Shown here one piece after another: positions 13,601 to 23,220 of a stretch of DNA of 64,000 nucleotides (within the stretch, counting starts at the first letter, position 1; each line of letters starts with the position of its first letter). A program made the translations under genes and the position numbers. The notes below the pieces were generated by a model, which saw nothing but the letters and a program-made list of their open reading frames with translations, did not search any database and was not told the DNA's origin. Source of the stretch: Magallana gigas (Eukaryota); the NCBI RefSeq assembly GCF_963853765.1, contig NC_088858.1:3100001-3164000 (forward strand), in the 5' to 3' direction.

Positions 13601-16600
13601 AAATTACAATTCATTAATAGACCATATATATACCAATTTGCATCCTGAAAGCATTTCTAAATGGGGGGTCTTGGAATCTTATTACTCAGACCACAAACCA
13701 ATTTATATTGATCTATTGTAGATTAAAAAATATCTCATAAATTCACAGTTTGATAGTCAAAATTTATTATTTTAGTCTTAGAGTATTGCCTGCTTTGTAT
13801 TCATTTTGTAATAATGCAAGTTGCACTCCATAGATAGTAAAATAACATTATTGATATCATTTTATAAATTTTATGTTGCACAATTAGAAATTGTACAGCT
13901 CATATATATCTAAAATTTTATTTTAGATGCCTACACTAGAAAGTTTGTTTAAAACCAAAAAAGATGGACCATACAGTGCGCCAGTTAATGTGAAAATTTG
14001 TGGAGTAGCTGGGGAGAAGACGTATGTAAATGCCAATGGCGAGGAGAAGAAGTATGCAGTCTTGGGCGTTGCTGACTCTTCTATGATAGCGAAGTGCACG
14101 TTGTACGATACAAGTAAATTAAAAGTTCTACAAGAGGGCAACTCGGTCATGTTGCTGAATGTTATTGTTAAAGACAATAACAGTTTGACTTTGACTACAA
14201 AGTCCAGGATCTCGAAAGTTGGGGATGTTAAAGTTTCGTCTGAAAAACAAAAAGCAGCTAGAGAAATAGCATTCCCACCAATGTCTTCAGAAGTCCCTCT
14301 GAAAGACATTGAGAAATCTCCAATAAAGAGCATGCTGTCTGTCAGAGGACAGATTGTCGCTGTAAGTATCTCTCATTTATTTTATCACACTCAAAATGAG
14401 GTTGTGAATAAATTGGTAAATCATGGAATTTATATTGCTGTTTAACTATTGTAAAACTCTTTAAGGATGTAATTAGTTCTTGCTCAGTTTTACCTGAAGT
14501 TTAATAAATGTTAATTATCTTTAAAGGAGGAAATTACCAGAACTGTTTCTGTAAAAGGCAGGGATACAAAAGTGAAAAGTCTAACCATCAAGGATGACAC
14601 TGGAAAGTGCAAGGTGTCACTTTGGCGTGACCTGGCAGCCTCTGAGATAGGGATTGGACAACATGTGAAAATATCAGATGTAGTTGTCCAAACTTACAAC
14701 AATGAGAAGTCTGTGTCCTCGACAACTCGCACCATTATTGAAGTAAGGGGATATAATAATGTGTTCATCAAAAAAAAAATTTCAATATTATTACTTAAAA
14801 ATTGATTTACAAATTTCTTGAGAAAAGCAATTTTTCCAGTTGCTTTTATGCAAATATTGTTTCATAATTCATCTAATAGCTCATTGAAGTTTAACCCACA
14901 CACTAAGCTCAAGTAAGAACCACTAAGCCAGAAGAGTTAATTAAACATTGTATATTTAACTTTTTTTGTTACGTCACCCTTTTCTCATGTGTAAGCTGTG
15001 GCCACAATATGCATGATATGTGCTTTAAATTTCACATATTATTTTTTAAGAAAAAATCTGTTAAATTTCTTGATGAAAAACTTACTGTCCAGATTAGACT
15101 TTATTGATGGGCCAAAATAAAACATGAATAATAATGCATGATGGATTTTATAGTTGTGTCAATCAAGAAACTAGGTGAAAATAAATGATAAAGTTTTAAA
15201 AGAGCAAAAACAAATGACTGAAAACAGGTGAGCTATAATGATTCTGGTAAGCATTGAAGGCATTTGAAGCACAGTTGTCTCTTCAAATGGAAACCATCAG
15301 CTTTTACCTTCCTTGTTTTATTTTAACAGGAAGTAGAGGCACCAAGATCAACTACTGTGACTTCCGAAATCATTGCTTTCAACATGGAAGATTCTTGTGA
15401 CATGTCTGTGGTCATTAACGATGGGGAGCTGTACCCTTCATACAAAGTGCAGTCTAGTATAATGGCAGCATATTTAAACTGCAATGCGGAAGACTTGGAT
15501 GATGTTCTTGCCACCAAATTGCCCTTTCAAGCAACTTTCAGCATTGAGAATGGAGAAATTGTAAACTTTGAGTAAATTTTTACACAATTGATATGTCTTG
15601 GTTAAGGATTCTTGAAAATTATTTGAAAATGTTTTTAGTTAATATTGTAAAATTTCTTAGTCCCTTTGCAAAGAAAAGGGATAAAAAAGACAATTGATCT
15701 TTTTTAAGAATGGAAATTAAACAAAATAGAGACAAAAGAATTTTAGTTCTTTTAATTTTTGAAAATTTTTAAACAAAGATGCGAGGCATGTTTACTTTCT
15801 CCTATTTTACTTGAAGTTATGTGACACGGTTTTTGTACATTTTTATAATGTTTTAATTAATACAAATGAAATTTTGATGTCTTTTGTTTAGAACCTCTCA
15901 GGTCAATCACTATGTATCTTTAGAACTAATTGACTTAGATCTGCATCCATATAAAGATCAGACTTTTTATGTAGCTAGTCAGTATTAACACACAAGCCCA
16001 TGGACTTTTTAAGTATCTAGTCAGTATTATCTTGTTAAATAATGTAAATTTGTAAATATATTAAAGAACATTTTTATGTGTATTCTCTCACATTTTTTTT
16101 GTTTTTGTGGTTTTCTTTTGTCATAAAGAACAAACTACATGTATGTAACAGTACATGTATAGACTTTAATTTTCCCTTTTTTGAATATTTTCTTGATAGT
16201 GTTTTTACTTAGTGTGATTTTTATTATTTTATTTTTAGTACCTGCAGTTATTTTGTTATGGTTCATATTTTGCCTTGTTTTCTTTCCACATGGAAAGTTT
16301 CATTCTAATAAATAAAATCATAGATGTATTAGTAAACATCTAATTTTCATAATACATGTATTTGATTTGCATTGCTAATGCAATGGTAATATTTTGCTGC
16401 TTAATGTTTGCTCCACATTAATTGTCTTGTGAGAACAATTAAGTGTGCATTAGTTCTATTTGCATTGTTATAAATTTTACTTTCATGTTAACTGAACATA
16501 CCTCTGCCTTTCATTTGTTTCAACACTTAAATGTGCATTATTTCATTGTCATTATCTGCCATATTGTTTCTCATCTGATATTGTCATTCTTAAGAAGGGC

Positions 16601-19600
16601 AAAGGAAAATATTTGCTTGATATACCTAAGCTGGTTTGTGATTGGATCATGTTAGGCCTATTCAGTATTAACAAAACATGAGTTCTAGTCTACAATTTTT
16701 ACATGGATTGTTTTTATGTGTATATGTACCCGGTATCATATTCCACAGGATTATTAGAGAGTTAACTTTTTTTTTTTAAACATTTTGGGGGTTTTTTTTA
16801 ACATTTTTTTTATACATTTTAGTTCACATTTCCATTATTTCATTTTATTGTCTATCATCAATGAATTGCAATCTTTACAACTTTTGTTATGTTTTTAATT
16901 TGAGTAGAATCACGAATTATAGATATACTTTGCTCATTAACACTAAATATTCAATTTCGGCGAGTATTATTTTCTTCGAATACAAACAGACCAAACGAAC
17001 ATACGAACATTAGAGTGTTTGTCTCATTTCATTTTTACATGTATCTTCTTAAACATGGCACTAGAATTTACAGATATTATTGTATCTGTTAATTAGTTAA
17101 TTCAAACTCAATTTCTTGAATTATTGTGCAGTATATATGACATTGGTTTTTTTTTTAAATCATTAATTAACTTGTAATTTTTTATTATGAAAAAATCTCA
17201 AACTGAACATATGTATAATTTTATATGCCATTTTCATTCTCTACATGTAGTTTTATATTTTATCTCCATGTTGTAGCTTTAGCTATTTTAGAAAGAGTTA
17301 TTCGGTTATAATAAAAAAAAAAAAACAACTTTTTGGTTTTCATATTCATTTAATTTTATATTTAAATATCTTTTTATCAATGGTTATTGGATTGAAGCAC
17401 TTGTCAATGATATGATATGTAAATGTTATACTAGTTTTCAATCGAACAATCCATTTCACTGGGGAAACAATGTTAATACAGAACATTTTTTTTATCTCAA
17501 TGCTTTCCTTTAAAGAGGCTGGATTGTCAACAAAATTAACCAACGGATATACCTTAAATTAAATTAGATATGGTATGTTAAGCTGTAAACTATTATTTAT
17601 GTGCTTTTTCCTATATATTTATATAGAGCCCTTTTTAAAAGGAAATCAAGACAGTCGTAAAATGGCCACAACCATTCAGCCCACTTTCAGTTCATGGTGT
17701 ACAATTCATTTCAATATTTTCTTAATGTGGTACCCATAATTTAACCTAATTTTTGGGGGAAATGTTATTTCAAAAACAGTCTCTGAAATGAGATTCAATA
17801 ACTTCAAGAAAAACAAAGAAGGTATTGTATCATCTCTTGCAGACCTTTAAATATTGACAAACATTACCAATAATATTTTCAACCAATGTAACGCGAGTCG
17901 ACTCTCAGGCCATTTAGGCCTTTGATTTTTAAATGTGTGTCAACACAGCTGTAAAAGACCTGTGTGAAAGGGGTGTTTCAATGAGATTACATGTTTTCCA
18001 TAATAAGTAAGGAATTCTTACTTGTATCTAAATAATTTTCACTAGACAATTATTGTTCAATAGAATATTAAATAATTAACATTTTTAGGTTATTTTCATT
18101 TTGCATAATAATACAAACCCTGCCTTGCACTCCAACCTTGCATTGATGAACTGTATTGGACTACATGTATATGTTATAAAATCAAGGTACACCCTTGTAC
18201 CTTACAGAAACACACGTATAAAGGAAGGCCAATTTAGTTCAGGAAAGAATGAGAACAATTAGCAATAATGTTAAAGTTATTCATTCAAAAACATTAGGGG
18301 TATTTAGAATGTCCTTAACCTTTGACACAGATGTCCTTCCTAACGAGTACACGACCCCTTTGTACTTCTCTCCAGAGGAGTTGCTTCAGCTCAAAGGTTC
18401 CCCTGCCCAAAGTAAGTGACTTTGATCCAATTACACAAAATAATAACTGAAACGAGGCAATATTTTGCAATACAATTACCGTCCTGTGTTTGTAGGTGAT
18501 TGCATTAAGCAGTACCGGAACATTGCCCGGCAGTATGCCTGCTTCTACAGAGTCTTTCAGGTCAGTGCAAATTATAGACCTTATTTTCCACTTTAAATAT
18601 TGACTGAAAAGGTTTATGCCATAAATAGGAGATATGTACTATAATATTTAATGTAATCTTTCAATTTGTTTGTTAGGATTAATGTATTTGACATTGTGGT
18701 TTAGTTTCATTGCTGAAATATTTCTACATCTTGCATTACAGACCAGCCAGAATGCTGAAAAATTACCAATCAAGGACTGCTTTACTTTTGATGATTACAG
18801 GTTTGTTGTAATTGTTTAAACCAACTGTCTGATGCTTTTACTGTTTCTCTGACAACTTGGGAATGAACCAGACAGGATATCCGTCTGATATTGGGTGACC
18901 TAGTATCAGTCTGATATAGATGGAAATAATATCAGTCTGATATTTGTTTGGAGTGACCTACCGGTAGTTATCCCTCCTCAGCTATTGTGTATCAACTGAC
19001 AAAGATCTTGAGTAAAACACAGGCCACTTTATAAATACATTCCTCTCTATTCTCATAATAAAATAAATAACAGGTGGAGCTCTTTATCAATTCATTAATC
19101 CAGACAATGGGTAGATGAGCATGTAATAAGTTATTTTATCATGGTTTCAGTGAACACTGAAGGATGCCACCATCTGTCTATCCAATAAATATGCATATTG
19201 GTGAGAATAAACATTATTGATCAATGTCTCTTTGTCCAACATCACTTGTCTGGAACATACTTTTTCTCCACTCCCCCCCCCCCCCCTTTCTTAGACCAAT
19301 CTGGCTCATACCTCACCCACAGAGTGTCTTTAGGTAAATATTGTGCAGACAAGGCTATTAAACCAAGTTTTTAGCTTAAAGATTAAGGTCATATATAGCA
19401 GATCTGTGTCTAAAGTCCTTGATAGGACTCCATTTTTTTCACCTTGGCCTTATCTGTCATATAATACACCACTGAGTACTTGTCAGACGAGATGTACAAG
19501 GATCTTGAACTAAATTTCCAAGTCAGAGGTTAAGGCCAAAGCGAAGTTCTCTGATACGCTTTATGAAAGGGGGCTCTTTTAGATGGTTACCTAATCAATG

Positions 19601-21795
19601 ATTTTAAGTTCATCATGAAACTGTAGTTGATACCAGGGTTTTATTTCTCCTACAGATGGGCAGTCTCTACGGTTATGACAAGACAGAACCAAATTCCAAC
19701 ACCCGATGGCAGCAAGATCACGTTTGCTCTCATCCCGATGTGGGACATGTGCAATCACTGTAACGGAACGGTGAGTCACCACCGGATAGTGGTATAAACC
19801 GTCTGTTGTGCGGTGCTCTGTACACACAAGGAATTGTTTTGTTAATATTGTAACATGAGCTATTTCCTTCACTGCCTAAACTGAGTTTTTTTCACCTGAT
19901 TACCTGTGTGAAAACCATGATTAGAGTCATTTGTTCTGATCTTTTTTTTGATGATTTGACCATGTTTAACATTGTAAATGCTTCAAAATGACAGTTTTGC
20001 TCAAATCATGGATTTTCAAGAACATTACATGTAAATAAAATATGCGTTCAACCTTTTTCACCTTTGTTAATACTGTTCTGATAAAAAAAATCCTGATATT
20101 ATTTCAGATCACCACTGATTATAATTTGGAAAAGGACTGTAGTGAGTGTTTTGCTCTGAGGAATTTCCAGGCAAAAGAGCAGGCAAGTATCTGAAGTAGT
20201 CAACTGGTTAAAAACTTGTTTGATAAAAGAAATACTTAAAGTTACTATAGTATAGCCAAAGAATAAAGTCAACACAGATAGTTAATCACATGTACTGGTA
20301 TCTGAAAAGTTCATCCAATAATCTTCCATCATCTGTCTGTTGACATTTTGATGTGAATTGATACCATGGTCACATTTTCTTCCAGATATTTATTTTTTAT
20401 GGTGCACGGTCAAATGCAGAACTTTTAATCCATAATGGGTTTGTTTATCCTGAAAATGAGCTTGACAGAATTGCTATTCGATTAGGTGAGTAGTCAGTAG
20501 AATAAAACTTGATAGACGCCCACAATCTGTCTGTGTTTTAATTATTAACCATGCTCTCTTGTTCTTAAGCTTGATTGTGTCCAACCCGCAATACAAAAAT
20601 CTTCAATGTTTCAGCGTGCAACTGCTACTCTATTTGATTGATGCGTAAAATCTCAGAAAAAAAACCATTTTAATAATAAAGAAACAGTACATTGTACATA
20701 TTTTACATGTTTTATGTATCTCTTTCAGGCATTAGTAAAGGTGATCCACTTTATGAACAGAAAAACGAGCTGCTGAAGAAGCTAGGATTGTCTGTGTAAG
20801 TGAACGCCGAGGAACAGATAAATGACCTCCTATCAAAAGGTTGATTGGTTTCACTTGATCACACTGAGCTAATATTTCAGGTTGAGGAATTTTTATATAC
20901 ACACTGGAATGATTCCTGTTGACCCCCAACTAATGGCATTTCTTCGAGTGTTCTGTATGTCTGAAGGTAGGTGTGACAGGAAGTTTGCAGAGATATTTTA
21001 CATGAACTATGATCTATTTACTAAAATGTACATTGATTAAAGTGACATCAATTAAAGTTTAGACTCATTTTTGACCTTTTATTATTATTCATGTAAAAAT
21101 AAAAAAATAATTCATAGAAAATTAAAGATAAATTAATGTAATTTGGGAAGAAAATATTTAACTTTATTATTGGAGATTGGCATGATCTACCTCTCCAAAA
21201 TTTACTGAAATACTTTTGTAATATTCTCTTTGACTTTACACACTGTTTATACATGTATTCTGTACTTATGGTTTTCTTGCCATTCTGTCAGAAAATCTCA
21301 AAGAGTTGAACTCCAAGGAGTTGTCAGAGGCAGACGCAGATCGACTGGGCGACATTGACGTTCCTGTGTCAGAGGAGAACGAGGAAAAGGCATGGGCATT
21401 CCTACAAACCAGGACCGCCCTCTTACTGCGGGCCTACGAAACATCTGAGGAGGTATAGCTTTTCCAACGTTATAATGTATAGAAGATCATAAAAAATTTG
21501 ACAATAGAGACTTTTAATGAATGATAATTACAGTTAGAAAAAATATAATAAATTAAGATATGATTATTAAGTTATTTATATTTAAGATTATTCAGTTATT
21601 CATATTTTAATGTTCTACTTAACTTTTTTTCAGGAGGATATTGAACTGCTGAAAAAGGAGGATATGAATATTCATGAGAGACTTGCTGTGCAATTAAGAA
21701 TGTGTGAAAAACGAATCTTAAAAGCAACACAAACTTATGCTGGGGAGCGAAAAGCATCTGTCAAGGGAGATAAATCTGAAACAGCAGCTGCATAG
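1679..21795 (+). CDS. SETD3: Actin-histidine N-methyltransferase SETD3 (5'-partial, 13 exons in window)
   Basis: Exons 1679-1824, 2155-2227, 6075-6185, 18331-18411, 18496-18560, 18742-18800, 19656-19770, 20108-20182, 20386-20485, 20729-20795, 20881-20966, 21292-21452, 21634-21795 join in frame. Peptides GYGLQATKDLK, WAVSTVMTRQNQIP, ALIPMWDMCNH, IFYGARSNAELLIHNGFVY and LMAFLRVF match SETD3 SET/Rubisco-LSMT motifs. No N-terminal exon was found in 1-1678. Confidence 0.95.
2228..2313 (+). repeat. Four 21-23 bp tandem units copying the SETD3 donor site
   Basis: GTGAGAGTGTAATATTGTAAG-type units at 2228, 2249, 2272 and 2293; each begins GT and ends AG. Confidence 0.9.
2730..3085 (-). pseudogene. 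Degenerate, intron-containing hAT-like transposase N-terminal relic
   Basis: Minus strand reads DFRVGHGGMNDVTKNMKTAIH (BED-finger-like). After a frameshift, a GT-AG intron (2809-2962) leads to DVTRAEVLFAKCVAE, resembling the hAT VTRAE.LF..F.AEH motif. Contains stops and a frameshift. Confidence 0.55.
3098..4296 (-). mobile_element. Non-autonomous Helentron-associated element (HINE/DINE-1-like)
   Basis: Perfect 12-bp subterminal inverted repeats ATACCCCCGCAA (3123-3134) and TTGCGGGGGTAT (4282-4293). Inner inverted repeat ATACCCCC (4263-4270), (GACA/GACG)n microsatellite at 4221-4250, GTCC..GGAC hairpin near 3108-3120, CTAG end on the minus strand, and T/A-run flanks. Confidence 0.85.
4745..5012. 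repeat. Two diverged ~130-bp tandem copies
   Basis: ATATACATGTCATCAAAAATCCATATAGAGTGGAAGCAA...AAAGACGTAA occurs at ~4813-4882 and ~4943-5012. Confidence 0.85.
5130..5168 (+). mobile_element. Orphan Helentron-like 3' terminus
   Basis: AATGTACGAGAGTCGA followed by hairpin CCCATT-A-AATGGG (5152-5164) parallels AATGTAACGCGAGTCGA plus hairpin at the 3' end of the large element. Confidence 0.5.
5230..5620 (-). pseudogene. Mutator-like (MULE) transposase C-terminal relic
   Basis: WTNNNSESLNHVLKQAIDWK (T.N..ES.N..LK motif). Frameshifted continuations read ...KTVWASKTTDERDRHYKR and TSTDGLTTIVKPRSLGKKLGQRKRK. Confidence 0.55.
5700..6074 (+). repeat. Degenerate low-complexity array resembling the adjacent SETD3 acceptor
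   Basis: Many variants of AGATATCTGTRTTTCTGTTGTAG precede the real acceptor ending at 6074. Confidence 0.7.
7440..13721 (+). CDS. Helentron polyprotein, 2093 aa: 2A-like peptide, tegument-like deubiquitinase, Cys-rich region, HUH Rep, Pif1 helicase, APE endonuclease
   Basis: DVEENPGP (aa 54-61); HQGD..F...SRGRQC and FDSH; C-x2-C pairs (CTSC, CYQC); RGSPPYW, VEFQQRGSPHIHMLIW (HUH at 10041-10049), YIVSYISK; GGAGVGKS (11694-11717), APTGKAA, DEISM, GDLFQL, TVHKAQG, YVALSRV; YHNVRSL, SETRL, MGDFN, IDHIY, SDHKPI. Single uninterrupted ORF. Confidence 0.95.
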   Translation: MGIDLETWRSRIGTHFSYLRKKSYLSSLFSSKWIKFDVKKYLLLCSILLVLCGDVEENPGPPLNFPIRGKIHQGDDIFSLDSRGRQCVSCCLSFFLNVMIKPLNSKTWCSDDLDTVLYIGDYIYRHSKKHMKHHEEYLLVNDLPNYVTIETNAFSWTKRKTYFGNISPSFAAEYPLLRLEFALSMCLSIDTFAIFVCKGNALGISHFEDQFVVFDSHCRNEQGFCCSEGASILVKKANVSEICDHIRSLFKSFTSDGTKQLNEQFELHGLVIRKIAMTSISRYKSNGIAVCTIPSDVFHDTTQEILLDNVSCSSNNFKPKSSNRFTLVDLPFGDISDSNILRKRKREGLKASSTFDTKRKKSNDETDVLIEKFHNLTSKGPEYVCTSCCQIFFRHSVIIMKTKNFKACLIKDCVKGIKSVSGIEYICYQCNNYLKNSEVPPCSIGNNMSFPDVPDELKNLTQLEQLLISPRIPFMKIRELPRGGQLGIKGNVVNVPADVNKTVRLIPRNMSESETIPVKFKRSLNFKSHLAFEQVRPEKILKAAKWLVNHSNLFQNEGISVNEDWMVESQFENPFVQENEHNFCDENNETFPQSDIEGDQNNELEAGNLDTLLHPADFREFNRILSLAPAEGNTPLSMFQDKFSEFLCFPGLYCGQPREDNNKRITPVHYSTICKWELRNVDRRVAQNVTNIFYKLKRVQIKQITDKVTLAMRKCKLKGKKVTVGEMLSDDSVNKILKLDQGYKILRTLRGSPPYWERAKKDIFAMIRQLGVPTWFCSFSSAETKWLPLLHCLGKLIDMKDYSDEELLNMPWAEKCRLIKSDPVTCSRYFHHKVQVFLNTVLNSSINPVGKVKDYFFRVEFQQRGSPHIHMLIWIENAPSVLADSFEDVADFIDRYVTCKQNNDIKELINYQTHRHAHTCLKKGNKICRFGFPLPPLHKTMILQGLKKNSNEFLEAQKNYLKIETLLDEMKLGTELPVKFDDFLISLDLTLTDYITALRSSVKEGQCKVFLRRNTSEIRVNSYNDTLLKCWEANMDLQYILDPYACAAYIVSYISKGQRGMSNLLRRACEEAKESDSDIRQQVRKVGNVFLNHIEIGAQEAAYILLQMPLRKATREFIFINTNVEDERVVLIKPTSILNEMPQNSTSIEADNNLKRYQRRPFTMEKYCLAEYIACFNVIFSKCKERQDEKEGELLEDNYDLDNVDNPHETDESNIDNFDEVHFAKDGSILRRRKVERIIYSVGFNKDHDKENYYRELLMLYIPWRNENTIIGESNSYEERCYICQNTIQNVRKKFFQSNTVDLYEIEREIRYDEESHSTIVTEMQNKEDKDTCDGARSAKEYGCFNPDVNGEENYDLGLDFGIGRKQVSNCDEQLSGEMLDSEYRELVQSLNQKQMEFFYHVLHLVKTTNDPIYNFLSGGAGVGKSVLLKALYQALIKFYSRKAGENPDDCSVLVCAPTGKAAYNVGGLTIHSAFNIPADQGFKFKPLDMQQLCSYQAKYKSLKMIFIDEISMVGKRMFNFINLRLQEIMGSLIPFGGVSVIAFGDLFQLKPVRDAWIFSSGYSSGNELEILGPNLWQDLFSLFELTEIMRQKDDLRFAQLLNRLREGNQSPEDLKLLKEREIDCENNITLKIPHLYTTRKEVAEFNATVFEGAFMGRKTTVEAIDSIAGDLSSEIKEKILSKIPLDSSKTKGLSKFLNLAEDLPGELSINVDVSDGLTNGTPCIIKKLDYRVYASKRCSIVWVLFTSSDIGKKCRVQFSHLYNSDIHLLWTPILEVTRKFQYNYYNSFQITRRQFPVALASAKTVHKAQGCTLSSAVVHLGSKKLDHMYYVALSRVQNLSSLYLLKFLDENIKVSSAVEEEMCRLRHSANVQLSVPVFYDVTKFQIIYHNVRSLHKHVEDVKRDVLFKNANILAFSETRLTETDISALYEIDGYNLHRYDEKKDDINDRPYHGLAVYYKHSMTFKNLAFFGVDIVLGNLLYKNRKIILCFLYCSPKISAMHIFKKVFEKLSKECDYFQIPTIIMGDFNYSVETLSDFVYKKYLLRQVINERTTNYNSLIDHIYTNLHPESISKWGVLESYYSDHKPIYIDLL
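7599..7622 (+). other. 2A/StopGo-like ribosome-skipping motif DVEENPG|P
   Basis: GAT GTT GAA GAA AAT CCT GGT CCG gives a perfect D(V/I)ExNPGP consensus, preceded by the hydrophobic LLLCSILLVLCG typical of 2A-like peptides. Confidence 0.8.
13927..15575 (+). CDS. Element-encoded OB-fold (RPA/SSB-like) protein, 3 exons, ~298 aa
   Basis: Exons 13927-14361, 14527-14742 and 15330-15575 have phase-0 GT-AG junctions. LGVADSSMIAKCTLYD and KSLTIKDDTGKCKVSLWRD are OB-fold-like (L.D.TG.....LW). Lies inside the Helentron termini. Confidence 0.75.
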
Positions 21796-23220
21796 TGTTG
21801 AAAAATGTATTGAAACCATGAAAGTGGCATTTTAAATCTTTTCATACCTTTTTGCAATGTCCCCTTTTTTAGTGAGAAAGATCCTTGTAAGTCCAATTAT
21901 GATATTGTGCTTGTTTATGGAAGTCAAGGCTAAACAGGCACTGATGAATCCAAGCCTTGAGGAGTTGAGGTATTTGGTTATGGCAATGCACTGAAAGAAT
22001 CTGTACCTGGGGTCAATTTGTTATGATTATTTTTTATAATTTGATGAAGATGATGACAATTTTTTAAAATATATTTATTTAGCTTTCTTAAAAATTTCAG
22101 TGATGCATCAAGAGAAGATAACTCTTGGAAAGGTTCAGGCTTACTGAATGTACGGAAGCTGCAATAATGAAGCCCTCTCCCAATTTTGGGGGTGGGAAAA
22201 GGGAACTCTTCAAAGAACATCAGATAAACAAAAATTGAAGAGGGCTTCATTCTTGCTGTTTAACTGAAAGTTTTGAGTCTTTAGTGTATTTTTGTTACAC
22301 AAGAATGTGTGAGTGAATCTTTGTGGATATCAATAAATCATGTTAATGCCTCCTGCCTTTTTCTCTTGTTTCTATCATCAAATTTATAATAAAAGTGATG
22401 TTGAAACATTCTCTTCTAAATGTATTGAATCAATTGACCATGAAGTATCGTGTGTGTTATACGATGTTTAGAAGTAAAAGCTATTTGTGCAATATAACCT
22501 TTTGTAATATATAATTTCATAAGAAGAAAAGGGAACCAGGAGGAAGAATAATCCTCAATGATTAGATATATGGGGTTTTTTTTGGGGGGGGGGGTGAAAA
22601 ACTGTTAATTTCTTGATTTTAAAATTGTAAATTAATTTAGCGATGCTAGACGGCGAACTATTTTTTTTCTTCGAATAATTGCTCTCTATTTTCAGAGACA
22701 TAAATAACATGTTATTTTTGTCTCTGCTATTTTATAATGTTTTTGTTGCATGTTGCAAGTTACTTGGTAAAAAATATACAGTAATATATTTATTATCAAG
22801 CATTATACAATAAAATGTCCTTAAATGGGATAGTACAGCTTTTGGAATGTTACGGTATTTTATTGATAGACTTTGTTAACACTACGAATTCCACCATTAA
22901 TTTATTTTATAAAAAACCAAACCAATTATGGTACAAACTATCAAATACCGATTTTACGTCACGCCTCACCTGCAGTCCTATGAGTCATGTGACCACTATT
23001 ATCGTTTTTTCATACCTGTGTGATGACACAGTTATTTTAGGGTCAACAGGAAGTGAAACATTTAAACGGGCAATGACTATTAACAATAAAAATTATTTCG
23101 TGGGTGTAGGATAAGAAACGATACATTGCATTCAACTGGACAAAGAATACCTGAGAGTTACCTGAGGCCGCAGGTATGGAATGGTAAAACCAATAATGGG
23201 AAGCTAAAAGAAAGTACAAC

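Larger units (their letters stand above)
6416..17930 (+). mobile_element. Full-length autonomous Helentron (Helitron2-type) in SETD3 intron
   Basis: 5' T-run then subTIR GAGTCGGCTCGCG (6421-6433) with hairpin CTCGC-GAA-GCGAG (6428-6440). 3' inverted subTIR CGCGAGTCGACTC (17892-17904, 12/13 match), hairpin AGGCC-ATTTA-GGCCT (17907-17921) and a T-run. Encloses the Rep-helicase-endonuclease ORF and an OB-fold gene. Confidence 0.88.

Noticed and set aside
7440-13721. Endogenous virus (herpes-like or CRESS-like)
   Set aside because: No capsid or polymerase genes; the Rep-Pif1-APE order and subTIR/hairpin termini fit a Helentron.
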